A stretch of 54,755 bases of DNA from Verrucomicrobiota bacterium (GTDB lineage: Bacteria > Verrucomicrobiota > Verrucomicrobiia > Verrucomicrobiales > Akkermansiaceae), in assembly GCA_046308575.1 (NCBI GenBank), contig JBKDYW010000189.1, positions 1-54,755 of the forward strand, written 5' to 3'. This document shows positions 27,369-37,986 of the stretch, piece by piece. The notes under the pieces were generated by a model that was not told the DNA's origin, ran no database searches, and saw only the letters and a list, made by a program, of their open reading frames with translations. The number at the start of each line of letters is the position of its first letter. Positions within the stretch are counted from its first letter, which is position 1. The position numbers were made by a program, and so were the translations under genes.

Positions 27369-28157
27369 ATGCAGACCGCATCATACCTAAAGGATCTCTT
27401 CGGGCTTACTGGCAAAACCGCTGTCATCATCGGTGGCACGGGAGAACTTTGCGGCACAATGGCCGTCGGCCTCGCACGCGCTGGCGCGGAAGTCGTGCTC
27501 GGCGGCCGCATCCCCGAAAAGGCAGAGAAACGCCTCGACGAAATCGAATCGTTCGGCGGCGAAGGGTACTTCGTCCCGGTCGATGTCACTTCGCGCGACT
27601 CGCTCCACCACCTGCTCGACACGGTCCTCGAACGCTCGGGCAAAGTCGATATCCTCATCAACGGCGCGGGCACCAATTCCCCCACTCCATTTCTCGACAT
27701 CCCGGAAGACGAGTACCAACGCATCATCGACACCAACCTCACAGCCATCTTCCGCGCCTGCCAGGTCTTCGGCCGATACTTCCTCGAGCAAACCCAACCG
27801 GCATCGATCATCAACCTCGGCTCCATCTCCGGCCTCAACCCGCTCTCGCGCGTCTTCACCTACTCGGCATCCAAAGCCGCCGTCCACAACCTCACCCGCA
27901 ACCTCGCCCGCGAATGGGCCGACAAGGACATCCGCGTCAACACACTCGTGCCAGGGTTCTTCCCCGCCGAACAAAACCGCAAGGTGCTCGACGAATCCCG
28001 CGTCCTCGACATCCTGCGCCAAACCCCGGCCTCACGCTTCGGCAATGCCGAGGAACTCATCGGCGCCACACTCCTCCTCGCATCATCCAAAGCCGGCTCA
28101 TTCATCACCGGCACCGAAATGATCGTCGATGGTGGCTTCCATGCGATGACGATCTGA
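27369..28157 (+). CDS. SDR oxidoreductase (D-mannonate oxidoreductase / gluconate 5-dehydrogenase-like)
   Basis: [29 protein letters not shown] and VDGG. Confidence 0.88.
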   Translation: MQTASYLKDLFGLTGKTAVIIGGTGELCGTMAVGLARAGAEVVLGGRIPEKAEKRLDEIESFGGEGYFVPVDVTSRDSLHHLLDTVLERSGKVDILINGAGTNSPTPFLDIPEDEYQRIIDTNLTAIFRACQVFGRYFLEQTQPASIINLGSISGLNPLSRVFTYSASKAAVHNLTRNLAREWADKDIRVNTLVPGFFPAEQNRKVLDESRVLDILRQTPASRFGNAEELIGATLLLASSKAGSFITGTEMIVDGGFHAMTI

Positions 28158-28171
28158 TCATCACCAATTTC

Positions 28172-28218
28172 AAAAACAAAAAACGCCCGACTCCTTTTCG
28201 AAGTCGGGCGTTTGTTTT
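28172..28218. terminator. Bidirectional intrinsic terminator between the SDR gene and tsf
   Basis: AAACGCCCGACT(28181-92) pairs with AGTCGGGCGTTT(28202-13), flanked by an A-tract and a T-tract, between convergent genes. Confidence 0.85.
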
Positions 28219-28230
28219 GAATCGTTCGAC

Positions 28231-29097
<867 letters not shown>

Positions 29098-29142
29098 GTG
29101 TGAAATTTCTGTGAGGTTGTTGTTTCGCAAAACACCAAAGGA

Positions 29143-29826
29143 TCAACCCTTGCGGGAGGTCACCATGGCATCGACCAGATTCTGGAGAATGATGCGGATC
29201 GAACGGATCGCGTCGTCGTTGCCCGGGATCGGATATTGAACGAGGGCCGGATCGGCGTTGGTGTCGACCAGCGCAACGATGGGAATCCCAAGGCGGCGGG
29301 CCTCGGCCACGGCGATGGTCTCGCGGGCGGAGTCGACGATCACCACGGCATCAGGCTTCTTGTCCATGTCGCGCACGCCACGGAGGTTGCGCAGAAGCTT
29401 TTCACGCTCGCGGCCAAGAGCGGCGAGCTCCTTCTTCGACATGGCCTTGAATTCAGGCTGCTTCTCGATGTTTTCAAGATACTTGAGACGCTCCACCGAT
29501 TTGCGCACGGTCGTGCTGTTGGTGAGCATGCCACCGAGCCAGCGGTGGTTGACATAATATTGGCCGGTCGCCTCGGCAGCTTCGCGGATCGCGTCTTGCG
29601 CCTGGCGCTTGCAGCCGACGAAAAGGACCTTCTTGCCCTTGCCGGTGAGGTCACCGAGAAATGCCGCGGCCTTGTCGAGCTGCTGGACGGTTTTCTCGAG
29701 GTTGATGATGTAGATCCCGCCTTTGTCCTTCATGAGGAAGGGCTTCATGCGTGGGTTCCATTTTTTCGTCTGGTGTCCGTAGTGGACGCCGGCGTCCACC
29801 ATGTCGTTGATGAGTTCGTTGATCAT
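29143..29826 (-). CDS. rpsB: 30S ribosomal protein S2
   Basis: AGVHYGHQTKKWNPRM, RWLGGMLTN, VDTNADP and PGNDDAIRS. Confidence 0.98.
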   Translation of the reverse strand: MINELINDMVDAGVHYGHQTKKWNPRMKPFLMKDKGGIYIINLEKTVQQLDKAAAFLGDLTGKGKKVLFVGCKRQAQDAIREAAEATGQYYVNHRWLGGMLTNSTTVRKSVERLKYLENIEKQPEFKAMSKKELAALGREREKLLRNLRGVRDMDKKPDAVVIVDSARETIAVAEARRLGIPIVALVDTNADPALVQYPIPGNDDAIRSIRIILQNLVDAMVTSRKG

Positions 29827-30003
29827 GTGATGTTTGGTTTCCCGCCTTGAATCAGGTCGGGCGATTCTCGAAGACCCGCCGCATGGGATGTTCCCTCTGG
29901 TCTTCTTTGGTTGCTTTGCGGCGCAAAAGGGACGCGCGTGATAGGGTCGGCCCCAGCCGCTGGCAAGGAAAATCCGAGAAAATCGGCGGAATCCGCCGCC
30001 ATT

Positions 30004-30345
30004 TCAGGCCGGCCTGAGCAGGTACCCCGCCACCCAGCCTTCCGCGCCGGTTTCGTTCCGGCACCAATGCCAACCATGAATCTGACGCAGCGATTCCAAG
30101 GAGTCGCCGCGCCGGATTTTCAAAACCGTGGGGTCAAATGCCTCGATCACCGAAAAGCGCCCATCGCCAAGCGGCTTGAGAATTTCCTCGGGTATATAGC
30201 CATCATTGCCTACCGAATCGCTGGCCCACACCCAACCGGGCCATGTCCGGTCGGCCGCACCGATCCGCACCTCGTCACCGGGAGCAAGGCGGATCGGTTC
30301 GCTGTCGTTGTCCTCGTAGTCGGAATTTGCAGTGTGCTTGGCCAT
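30004..30345 (-). CDS. Tandem SH3-like domain protein
   Basis: Two repeats: LAPGDEV...WPGWVW...GYIP and IRRGDSL...HGWHWC...GWVA. 113 aa, no signal peptide. Confidence 0.75.
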   Translation of the reverse strand: MAKHTANSDYEDNDSEPIRLAPGDEVRIGAADRTWPGWVWASDSVGNDGYIPEEILKPLGDGRFSVIEAFDPTVLKIRRGDSLESLRQIHGWHWCRNETGAEGWVAGYLLRPA

Positions 30346-30466
30346 GGCTCGTGACGCGACCCAATCACACACACGGCCCCTTGGCCAAGACCGAATTCGC
30401 CACGCTCTCGCGTAGGTCACGAAGTGCCAATCATTTGCCACAATCGGATCCTACCCCCCGATTGAA

Positions 30467-31066
30467 ATGCATCATATCACCAACGACCCCGATCAAGAAC
30501 TCGTCGAACTCGCCCAAAACGGAGACACCCGCGCCTTCGATTCACTCATCGAAAAACACCACTCCCGCCTCTACGGCCTCGTCCACCACATGACCTCGCA
30601 CCACGAGGACAGTCACGACATCCTGCAAGAAGTCTATTCGCGCGCATTCCGCTCGATCCGCAGCTTCCGTGGCCACTCAAGCTTTCACACCTGGATTCAC
30701 CAGATCGCCGTAAACCACACGCTCAATTTTCTGCGCAAACGGAAACGCCGCTCAGGCATCAGCCTACAGGAAGTCGTTTCCAACGACGGCTGCGATCCGG
30801 CACTTGTCGATCCCAGCCATCGCGTCAATCCAGAACGCCAAACGATCGTCCGCGAACTCCGCGCACGCCTCAACGAAGCCTTCAAAAAACTCACCGATGC
30901 CCACCGCCGCGTGGTGACGATGTTCGACCTCCAAGGCATGTCGCATGGCGAAATTGCCCGCACGCTCAACACCTCCGAAGGAACGATTCGCTCGCGCCTC
31001 CATTACGCCCACCTGCAACTGCAATCAGCCTTGCAGGACACATGGAACGAACGTTTTTGCGATTGA
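30467..31066 (+). CDS. ECF-family RNA polymerase sigma factor
   Basis: DQELVELAQNGDTRAF, DILQEVY, FHTWIHQIAVN and region 4 GMSHGEIA...GTIRSRLHYA. Confidence 0.92.
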   Translation: MHHITNDPDQELVELAQNGDTRAFDSLIEKHHSRLYGLVHHMTSHHEDSHDILQEVYSRAFRSIRSFRGHSSFHTWIHQIAVNHTLNFLRKRKRRSGISLQEVVSNDGCDPALVDPSHRVNPERQTIVRELRARLNEAFKKLTDAHRRVVTMFDLQGMSHGEIARTLNTSEGTIRSRLHYAHLQLQSALQDTWNERFCD

Positions 31067-31074
31067 GAGAAAAT

Positions 31075-32106
31075 TCACTCTCTCACCGATGCCCGACGCA
31101 AGCGATCCATGATCGCCACACCAAGCCCGGTCTCGCTCACCGGCTCGGCGACGATCGCATCAAGCCCGGCCTCATCGAGACTGCGCATGACAAAAAACAA
31201 ACGGATCGCAGCCTCGGCGAGTTTCCCGCTGCCAGGGCTCAAAGCCTCGACACACTCCCATGGATGCATGGTCACATAGCGACCATCATCCTCACCACGA
31301 TACCTCATCAGCCCATATCGCTTGCCAGGCTCGGGATGAAAATCACTCGGATCGGAAAGCAAAATCAATGGCGTGTGCGGCGCGTAGTGGCTCGGCAACT
31401 GACCCGGCGCATGCGGCGCATCACCCGGTTTCTCCTTGAGCTTCTCGACCTTGCCGAATGCCTGCAGCTGTTCCTTGGTCACCGGACCCGCGCGATGCAA
31501 TCTCAACACCGGCTTTTTACCTTCGCGCGGCTCGATGGAAATGATCGTGCTCTCAAGGCCTTCGGTGCAGGCACCACCATCGACGATCAAAGGAATCCTT
31601 CCCTCCAATTCTTTCATCACCGCCGATGCGGAGGTCGGCGAAATCCTACCGAAACGATTCGCACTCGGCGCGGCGATCGGCTGATCCAGTTCTTTATTGA
31701 TCGCACGAAAAACCGGATGCGCGCTCTGCCGCACCGCCACGGTAGGCAGTCCACTCGTCACGAGATCCGGCACATCTGAATGCTTTGGCAAAATCAAGGT
31801 CAGCGGGCCCGGCCAAAACGCTTCGGTGAGACGATTGACATCTTCGGCAATTTCATCCGGCACCACCGCCACGCGTTTCAAGTCACCCCGCGAGGCAATG
31901 TGCACGATCAGCGGATCAAATGAAGGCCGCTCTTTCGCTGCAAACACCTTCGCCACCGCATCGGCGTTGAAGGCATCCGCCGCCAAGCCATACACGGTCT
32001 CGGTCGGCAAGGCCACGATCTCACCCGCACGCAACAATGCAGATGCCTCGCGGACGGCCTCCTTCATGTCATCGTCGGTGGCTTGGATGATGCGCGTTTC
32101 GGACAT
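31075..32106 (-). CDS. tsaC: Threonylcarbamoyl-AMP synthase (Sua5 type)
   Basis: PTETVYGL, KERPSFDPLIVH, FWPGPLT, APSANRFG and APGQLPSHYAP, plus the Sua5 C-terminal domain. Confidence 0.94.
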   Translation of the reverse strand: MSETRIIQATDDDMKEAVREASALLRAGEIVALPTETVYGLAADAFNADAVAKVFAAKERPSFDPLIVHIASRGDLKRVAVVPDEIAEDVNRLTEAFWPGPLTLILPKHSDVPDLVTSGLPTVAVRQSAHPVFRAINKELDQPIAAPSANRFGRISPTSASAVMKELEGRIPLIVDGGACTEGLESTIISIEPREGKKPVLRLHRAGPVTKEQLQAFGKVEKLKEKPGDAPHAPGQLPSHYAPHTPLILLSDPSDFHPEPGKRYGLMRYRGEDDGRYVTMHPWECVEALSPGSGKLAEAAIRLFFVMRSLDEAGLDAIVAEPVSETGLGVAIMDRLRRASVRE

Positions 32107-32190
32107 GGCGGGGTCATGCCACAGACCCCAGCGGATTGCGAACACCTATTTTGGGTTTCCCTCGCGATCGCTCATCGCTAGTTTTGATCC

Positions 32191-32745
32191 ATGAACGAAA
32201 CAAAACCGACACCGAAAAACATCGTGCTGGTCGGCTTCATGGGCAGCGGCAAAACAACCGTCGGCCGTGAACTCCACCAACGCCTCGGCTACCCGCTGGT
32301 CGACATGGATCAAGTGATCGAGGAACGCGCCGGCAAATCGATCCCCGCGATCTTCGAGGAGTCGGGCGAAGCAGGTTTTCGCGAAATGGAAACTTCCTTG
32401 CTGAGGGAAATCACCAACCACGCAAGCAGCGAGCGACGCATCATTTCCACCGGCGGCGGCATCGTCGGCAGTGAGGAAAATCGCGCGTTGCTCAAACAAC
32501 TCGGGTATGTCGTGTGGCTCAGCGCGCCGATCAAAGTGATCCTCGAACGCACCGGCAAAAACCGCAATCGCCCGCTCCTCCACACCGAAGACCCGGCCGC
32601 AAAAATCCAGCTCCTCATGGACCAACGCACCCCACTCTACGAGGAGGTCGCCCACCTGAAACTCGATACCTCGGGCCTCGATTTCAGCGAGCTCGCCACC
32701 GGCATCCTCGAGTGCGCCCGATACTTTTTCACCAGCCGCGCATGA
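32191..32745 (+). CDS. aroK: Shikimate kinase
   Basis: GFMGSGKTTVG, GEAGFREME, STGGG and RPLL. Confidence 0.95.
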   Translation: MNETKPTPKNIVLVGFMGSGKTTVGRELHQRLGYPLVDMDQVIEERAGKSIPAIFEESGEAGFREMETSLLREITNHASSERRIISTGGGIVGSEENRALLKQLGYVVWLSAPIKVILERTGKNRNRPLLHTEDPAAKIQLLMDQRTPLYEEVAHLKLDTSGLDFSELATGILECARYFFTSRA

Positions 32746-33803
32746 CCTCTCCCGAGGCACAGGTGAAACATTGGGCCGCCGAGGCAGGCTTCGACGATTG
32801 CCGCTTCGCGAAAGCCGGCACCGCAAGCCATGCACAGGAATTTCTCAATTGGATCGAGCACGGCAAGCACGGCGAGATGGCCTGGCTTGAGCGCAACCCG
32901 CATCGTCGCTGCGACCCGCGCGAGGTCCTGCCCGGATGCCGCACGGTGATCTGCCTCGCCCTCAATTATTTCCCAGGCGACAGCCCCTTTCCTGAAAACC
33001 ACCCCGGCGGCTACCGCATCGCCCGCTACGCATGGAACAACGATTACCACGACCTGATCGAAAAAAAACTCAGGGAGCTTGATCAAAAATTACAAACCCT
33101 CGGCGGCACGCAAAAATTCTATGTCGATACCGGCCCGGTCCTTGAACGCGATTTCGCAAGCGATGCCGGACTCGGCTGGAATGGCAAATCGACGATGCAA
33201 ATCCACCGCCGACTCGGCACCTGGTTTTTCCTCGCCGACATTCTCACGACGCTCGACCTCACACCCGACGCGCCTATCCGCGACCACTGCGGATCGTGCA
33301 CCCGCTGCATGACCGCTTGCCCGACCCAAGCGATCACCGCCCCGCGCCAACTCGATGCCCGCCGCTGCGTTTCCTACCTGACCATCGAACACAAGGGCCC
33401 GATCCCCCACGAGTTTCGCCGCGCCATCGGCAACCGCATTTACGGCTGCGACGACTGCCTGCAAGCCTGCCCATGGAACCGCTTCGCCAGCACCTCCCGC
33501 GAAGCGAGCTTTCACGCCCGAGAGTCGGTCTTCTCAATGCAAATGCGCGATTTTCTGAGCCTCACCGACGAGTCATTCCGCGCGCTCTTCGCCAAATCCC
33601 CAATTAAACGCATCAAACGCCCAGCCTTCCTCCGCAATGTCTGCGTCGCCCTCGGCAATACCGGCACCGCCGATGACCTCCGCGCTCTCAGGCAAGCCGC
33701 CCAAGACCCCCACCCGTTGGTCGCCGAACACGCGCTATGGGCCATCGCCGAGATCGAAAGCCGTGAAACATGCATGCACTCAGGCTCCAAGGCCCGAGTT
33801 TGA
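32742..33803 (+). CDS. queG: tRNA epoxyqueuosine reductase
   Basis: IARYAW..DYH, VDTGPVLER, CGSCTRCMTACPT and YGCDDCLQACPWN. Confidence 0.94.
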   Translation: MTSPEAQVKHWAAEAGFDDCRFAKAGTASHAQEFLNWIEHGKHGEMAWLERNPHRRCDPREVLPGCRTVICLALNYFPGDSPFPENHPGGYRIARYAWNNDYHDLIEKKLRELDQKLQTLGGTQKFYVDTGPVLERDFASDAGLGWNGKSTMQIHRRLGTWFFLADILTTLDLTPDAPIRDHCGSCTRCMTACPTQAITAPRQLDARRCVSYLTIEHKGPIPHEFRRAIGNRIYGCDDCLQACPWNRFASTSREASFHARESVFSMQMRDFLSLTDESFRALFAKSPIKRIKRPAFLRNVCVALGNTGTADDLRALRQAAQDPHPLVAEHALWAIAEIESRETCMHSGSKARV

Positions 33804-33859
33804 GCTTGCAAGCCCGGCACGGAGGGCTTAAAAGTCGCCCCCACAGCTTCTGACGAAAG

Positions 33860-33888
33860 AAAGGAGTGGGTCTCGTACCCACTCTTTT
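33860..33888 (+). promoter_or_regulatory. nusA-operon leader attenuator hairpin (rimP-leader-like)
   Basis: AAAGGAGTGGGT-CTCGT-ACCCACTCTTTT, about 45 nt upstream of nusA. Resembles the GAGTGGG/CCCACTC leader hairpins of rimP-nusA operons (recalled, not searched). Confidence 0.65.
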
Positions 33889-33932
33889 GCGTCTACGGAC
33901 ATCAGAAGCAGCGATCGCACACAACGCCCGCC

Positions 33933-35219
33933 ATGACCAACGATATCGTCGCCCTCATCGAATACTACGAAAAGGAAAAAGGCATCGACCGCGACAAGGT
34001 CGTCGCCGCCTTGGAATTCGCATTCATCTCCGCCTACCGGAAAATGGTTCCCGGTGCCGACGCGATCGAAAACATCCGCGCCGATGTGAATACCCGCAAG
34101 GGCGAAACCCGCATCTTCGCCTCACTCACGGTCGTGGCCGATGAGGATTATGCGGACAAATTCAACGAAGTCCCCCTCTCCACCGCTCTCAAGAAAAACC
34201 CTTCGACCGCCATCGGCGAACAGGTGGAATTCAACATCACCCCGAAAGACTTCGGCCGCATCGCCGTCCAAACCGCGAAGCAAACGATGATGCAACGCCT
34301 CCGCCAGGCGGAGAAGGAAATGATCTACGAGGAGTTCAAGGATCGCGCCGGCGACATCGTCTCAGGCACCGTCCGCCGCTTCGAACGCAACGATGTGATG
34401 ATCGACCTCGGCAAGTTCGAAGGCATCATGCCCAACCGCGAACGCGTCCAAGGCGAAGATTACAACATCGGCGATCGCATCCGTTGCTATGTGCTCGCCG
34501 TCGAAAACGAAGGCCGCGGCCCGGAAATCATTCTCTCGCGCAGCCACCCGAATTTCGTCCGCCGCCTGTTCGAAGCAGAGGTCAACGAAATCTCCGACCG
34601 CACCGTCGAAATCCGCGGCATCGCCCGCGAAGCCGGATTCCGCACCAAGGTCGCCGTCTGGAGCAGCGACCCGAAGGTCGACCCCGTCGGTGCCTGCGTC
34701 GGCATGCGCGGAGCCCGCGTCAAAAACATCGTCCGCGAACTCAACAACGAAAAAGTCGACATCATCCGCTGGAGCGAAGACCCGAAAGAATTCGTGCGCG
34801 AAGCACTCAAGCCTGCCGAACTCCGCTCGATCAGCGTCGATGAGGAAAACAAGATCGTCCATGTCACCGTCGACGAAATCGACCTCAGCAAAGCCATCGG
34901 CCGCAAAGGCCAAAACGCTCGCCTCTCGTCCCGCCTCATGGGTTGGGATGTGCAGGTCCGCCGCGATGAATCGAAGGAAGAACAATTCAAGGAAAAGATC
35001 GGTGGCGCCGCCCACACGCTCGCCGAACAACTCGAGATCACCGAGGAACTCGCCAACAAGCTCACGCTCGCCGGCGGATTCAACCCGGAAATGATCGTCG
35101 ACATGCCCTCCGAATACATCGCCTCAGCCCTCGAAATCACACCCGAGGCCGCCGATGCGATCCTCGCCCGCGCCCAATCCATCGTCTCCGGCGGAGAAGC
35201 AGTCACCAGCAACGACTGA
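33933..35219 (+). CDS. nusA: Transcription termination factor NusA
   Basis: FGRIAVQTAKQ, S1 and KH domains, AREAGFRTK, GACVGMRG and AIGRKGQN. Confidence 0.97.
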   Translation: MTNDIVALIEYYEKEKGIDRDKVVAALEFAFISAYRKMVPGADAIENIRADVNTRKGETRIFASLTVVADEDYADKFNEVPLSTALKKNPSTAIGEQVEFNITPKDFGRIAVQTAKQTMMQRLRQAEKEMIYEEFKDRAGDIVSGTVRRFERNDVMIDLGKFEGIMPNRERVQGEDYNIGDRIRCYVLAVENEGRGPEIILSRSHPNFVRRLFEAEVNEISDRTVEIRGIAREAGFRTKVAVWSSDPKVDPVGACVGMRGARVKNIVRELNNEKVDIIRWSEDPKEFVREALKPAELRSISVDEENKIVHVTVDEIDLSKAIGRKGQNARLSSRLMGWDVQVRRDESKEEQFKEKIGGAAHTLAEQLEITEELANKLTLAGGFNPEMIVDMPSEYIASALEITPEAADAILARAQSIVSGGEAVTSND

Positions 35220-35257
35220 TCCCCGCCCGCCCCACACACCACTGCTAGAAAAGCCGG

Positions 35258-37396
35258 ATGCCCAAAAAAAGCGACAGCTCACCACCCGAACAGGACAAGG
35301 TGCTCGATCTCCTCGAGACCACCAAGAAACCTTCACGCCGTGAGCGCCAACGCCAGGAAGCGGAAGCCAAAGCCCCGGCACCGAGCAAGCTCGATCAGGC
35401 CAAGCGCAACGCCCTCGACCTTTTCGCCGAGGAAGCCAAACCCAAGGTTCGCAAAACCGCCGCGAAGCCAAAGGCAGTAATCGGATCCATTTCCAAGGTT
35501 CTTGAAAAAGAGGACCCGTCGATGGTCAAAATCCCGGCTCCTGCAGTTGAAGCCGCCCCCGTCGCAAACAATGCCGCCGATGCGGAATCCAGCGACCCTA
35601 GCGACTCCGGTGATCCAAAGCTGATCATCATCAAGCCGCCGATCCTTGTTCCCGAACTCGCTTCACGCCTCGGCTTGAAGCCGTTCAACATCATGGCCGA
35701 CCTGATCAAGCTCGGCGTTTTCCCTGCTCCCAACCAGCCGATCGAACCGGAAACCGCAGCGAAAATTTGCGAGATCCACGGCTTCACCTTCGAACGCGAA
35801 AAACGCGACAAGGAAAAAGGTTTCCACAAGGTCGAGGAAGTCATCACCGAACCCGAAGCCCCCGCCGAGGAACCGGAAGACCAACTCAAGCCACGCCCGC
35901 CGATCGTCACGATCATGGGTCATGTCGACCACGGCAAAACCTCGATCCTCGACTACTTCCGCAAAACAAAAATCACTGCTGGCGAAGCAGGTGGCATTAC
36001 CCAGCACATTGGTGCTTATCAGGTGATGCACAACGATCAGGAAATCACCTTCCTCGATACACCGGGCCACGCGATTTTCTCCGACATGCGCGCACGCGGC
36101 GCCGACATCACCGACATCGTGGTGCTCGTGGTCGCCGCCAATGACGGCATCATGCCACAAACGCTCGAAGCGATCGAGCACGCTAAAAAGGCCAAGAAAA
36201 CCATCATCATCGCGATCAACAAATGCGACCTCCCCTCGGCGAATGTCGAACGCGTCAAATCCCAACTCGCCGAACACGGCCTGCAAACGACCGACTTCGG
36301 TGGTGACACGGAATTCGCCGCAGTTTCCGCACTCAATGGCCAAGGCATGAGCGACCTGCTCGACCTGATCAGCCTCCAAGCCGAAGTTCTCGAACTCAAA
36401 GCCAACCCAAAATCCACCGCCCGCGCCGCCGTGATCGAAGCCCGCGTGGTCCCCGGCCGCGGCACTACCGCCACAGTCATCGTGGAATCCGGCACGCTGA
36501 AAGTCGGCACTCCCTTCATCTGCGGCCCCTACGCCGGCAAGGTCCGCTCACTCATCAACGACCGCGGTACCAGCGTGAAGTCCGCCCACCCGGGCATGCC
36601 GGTCGAAGTGATCGGCTTCGAGGAACTCCCAAATGTCGGCGACCACCTCACGGAAATGAAATCGGAACGCGAGGCCAAAACCCTCGCCGCCGATCGCCAA
36701 GAACAACAACGCATCGCTCGCCTCAAACCTCAACACCGCAACCGCCTTGAGGACCTCTACTCGATGGTCAAAGACGGTGGCGGCAAGGCAATGCTCAAGC
36801 TGATCCTCAAATGCGATGTGCAGGGATCGGTCGAAGCGATCAAAAAAGCCGTGCTCGCTATCGAATCGGAAAAGGTCGAATGCTCGTTCATCACCGCCGC
36901 CGCAGGGCCGATCACCGAATCGGATGTCGCCTATGCGGCCTCAACCGATGCGATCATCCTCGGCTTCAATGTGAAGGTGGAAGCGAAAGCAGTGAAGGCC
37001 GCCAAGGCCTCAAGCACCGAGATCAAACTCTACTCGATCGTTTACGAACTCATCGACCAAGTCCGCGAAGCCATGCTCGGACTCCTCGAGCCGCTCACCC
37101 GCGAAACCGTCATCGGCCACGCCGAAGTCCGCAAGGTCTTCAAACTCTCGAGAGGCCGCGCCGCCGGCTCTTTCGTCACCGATGGCCGCATCCACCGCAA
37201 GGCCCACGCACGCGTCATCCGCGAGGGCATCCCGGTCTTCGACGGCCGCATGTCCACCCTTCGCCGATTCCAGGAAGAAGTCGAGGAAGTCCGCACCAAC
37301 TTCGAATGCGGCATCCGCCTCGGCGAATTCAACGAATACCAGGAAGGCGACATCATCGAGTGCTACAAACTCGAAAAAGTCCCGCAGACGCTGTGA
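35258..37396 (+). CDS. infB: Translation initiation factor IF-2
   Basis: RPPIVTIMGHVDHGKT, EAGGITQHIGAY, DTPGH and NKCD. Confidence 0.98.
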   Translation: MPKKSDSSPPEQDKVLDLLETTKKPSRRERQRQEAEAKAPAPSKLDQAKRNALDLFAEEAKPKVRKTAAKPKAVIGSISKVLEKEDPSMVKIPAPAVEAAPVANNAADAESSDPSDSGDPKLIIIKPPILVPELASRLGLKPFNIMADLIKLGVFPAPNQPIEPETAAKICEIHGFTFEREKRDKEKGFHKVEEVITEPEAPAEEPEDQLKPRPPIVTIMGHVDHGKTSILDYFRKTKITAGEAGGITQHIGAYQVMHNDQEITFLDTPGHAIFSDMRARGADITDIVVLVVAANDGIMPQTLEAIEHAKKAKKTIIIAINKCDLPSANVERVKSQLAEHGLQTTDFGGDTEFAAVSALNGQGMSDLLDLISLQAEVLELKANPKSTARAAVIEARVVPGRGTTATVIVESGTLKVGTPFICGPYAGKVRSLINDRGTSVKSAHPGMPVEVIGFEELPNVGDHLTEMKSEREAKTLAADRQEQQRIARLKPQHRNRLEDLYSMVKDGGGKAMLKLILKCDVQGSVEAIKKAVLAIESEKVECSFITAAAGPITESDVAYAASTDAIILGFNVKVEAKAVKAAKASSTEIKLYSIVYELIDQVREAMLGLLEPLTRETVIGHAEVRKVFKLSRGRAAGSFVTDGRIHRKAHARVIREGIPVFDGRMSTLRRFQEEVEEVRTNFECGIRLGEFNEYQEGDIIECYKLEKVPQTL

Positions 37397-37399
37397 GAG

Positions 37400-37517
37400 T
37401 AAAAGCTGAAACTCTGAAATGCTGAAAAGCTGAAATGCTGAAAAGCTGAAATCAGAGTGCCACAACCCAAGTTACATCTTCTTTCAGCATTTTAGCTTTT
37501 CAGCATTTCAGCTTTTA
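37400..37517. repeat. Inverted array of 8-bp tandem repeats around a unique ~30-nt core
   Basis: Left arm has six AA(A/T)GCTGA-type units (37402-37449). Right arm has four units in reverse complement (37482-37517). Both ends read TAAAAGCTGAAA. Confidence 0.9.
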
Positions 37518-37524
37518 TAAAGTC

Positions 37525-37884
37525 ATGTCCCGCCGCCTCGATCGCGTCAATGAACTGCTCCGCCGCGAAATCGGCAATGTGGTCCAAAAGGATTACGAAT
37601 GGCACGGCAAACTGGTCACCATCAGCGAAGTCGATGTCACCCAAGACCTCAAGGAAGCAAAGGTCTGGACCAGTGTACTCGGCGGCGATGCCCAACCGGT
37701 CATCGACAAACTCAACCGCGACCACGGCTCGATCCAATCGAAAGTCATGAAGCGCGTGGTACTCAAATCCACCCCAGTCCTGCGCTTCCACCACGACTCC
37801 TCCGCCAGCCGCGGAGTCGACATGGTAAACCTCCTCGACGAGGTCGAAAAACTCCCCAAGGCTCCGGAGGCTGACGAAATTTAA
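37525..37884 (+). CDS. rbfA: Ribosome-binding factor A
   Basis: RLDRVNELLRREI, VTISEVDVTQDL and TPVLRFHHD; follows infB. Confidence 0.95.
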   Translation: MSRRLDRVNELLRREIGNVVQKDYEWHGKLVTISEVDVTQDLKEAKVWTSVLGGDAQPVIDKLNRDHGSIQSKVMKRVVLKSTPVLRFHHDSSASRGVDMVNLLDEVEKLPKAPEADEI

Positions 37885-37986
37885 GAATCGTTTTTTAATC
37901 AAAAGCGACAATTGCGCCGAAAAGTTTCCACTTGTCTGCAAGCGTCAAAAATTTAGCATGGCGCTTTGCTATACAAGTAAAACACC

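Noticed and set aside
37400-37517. Possible CRISPR array
   Set aside because: The units are 8 bp, contiguous and inverted, with no repeat-spacer alternation and no cas genes.
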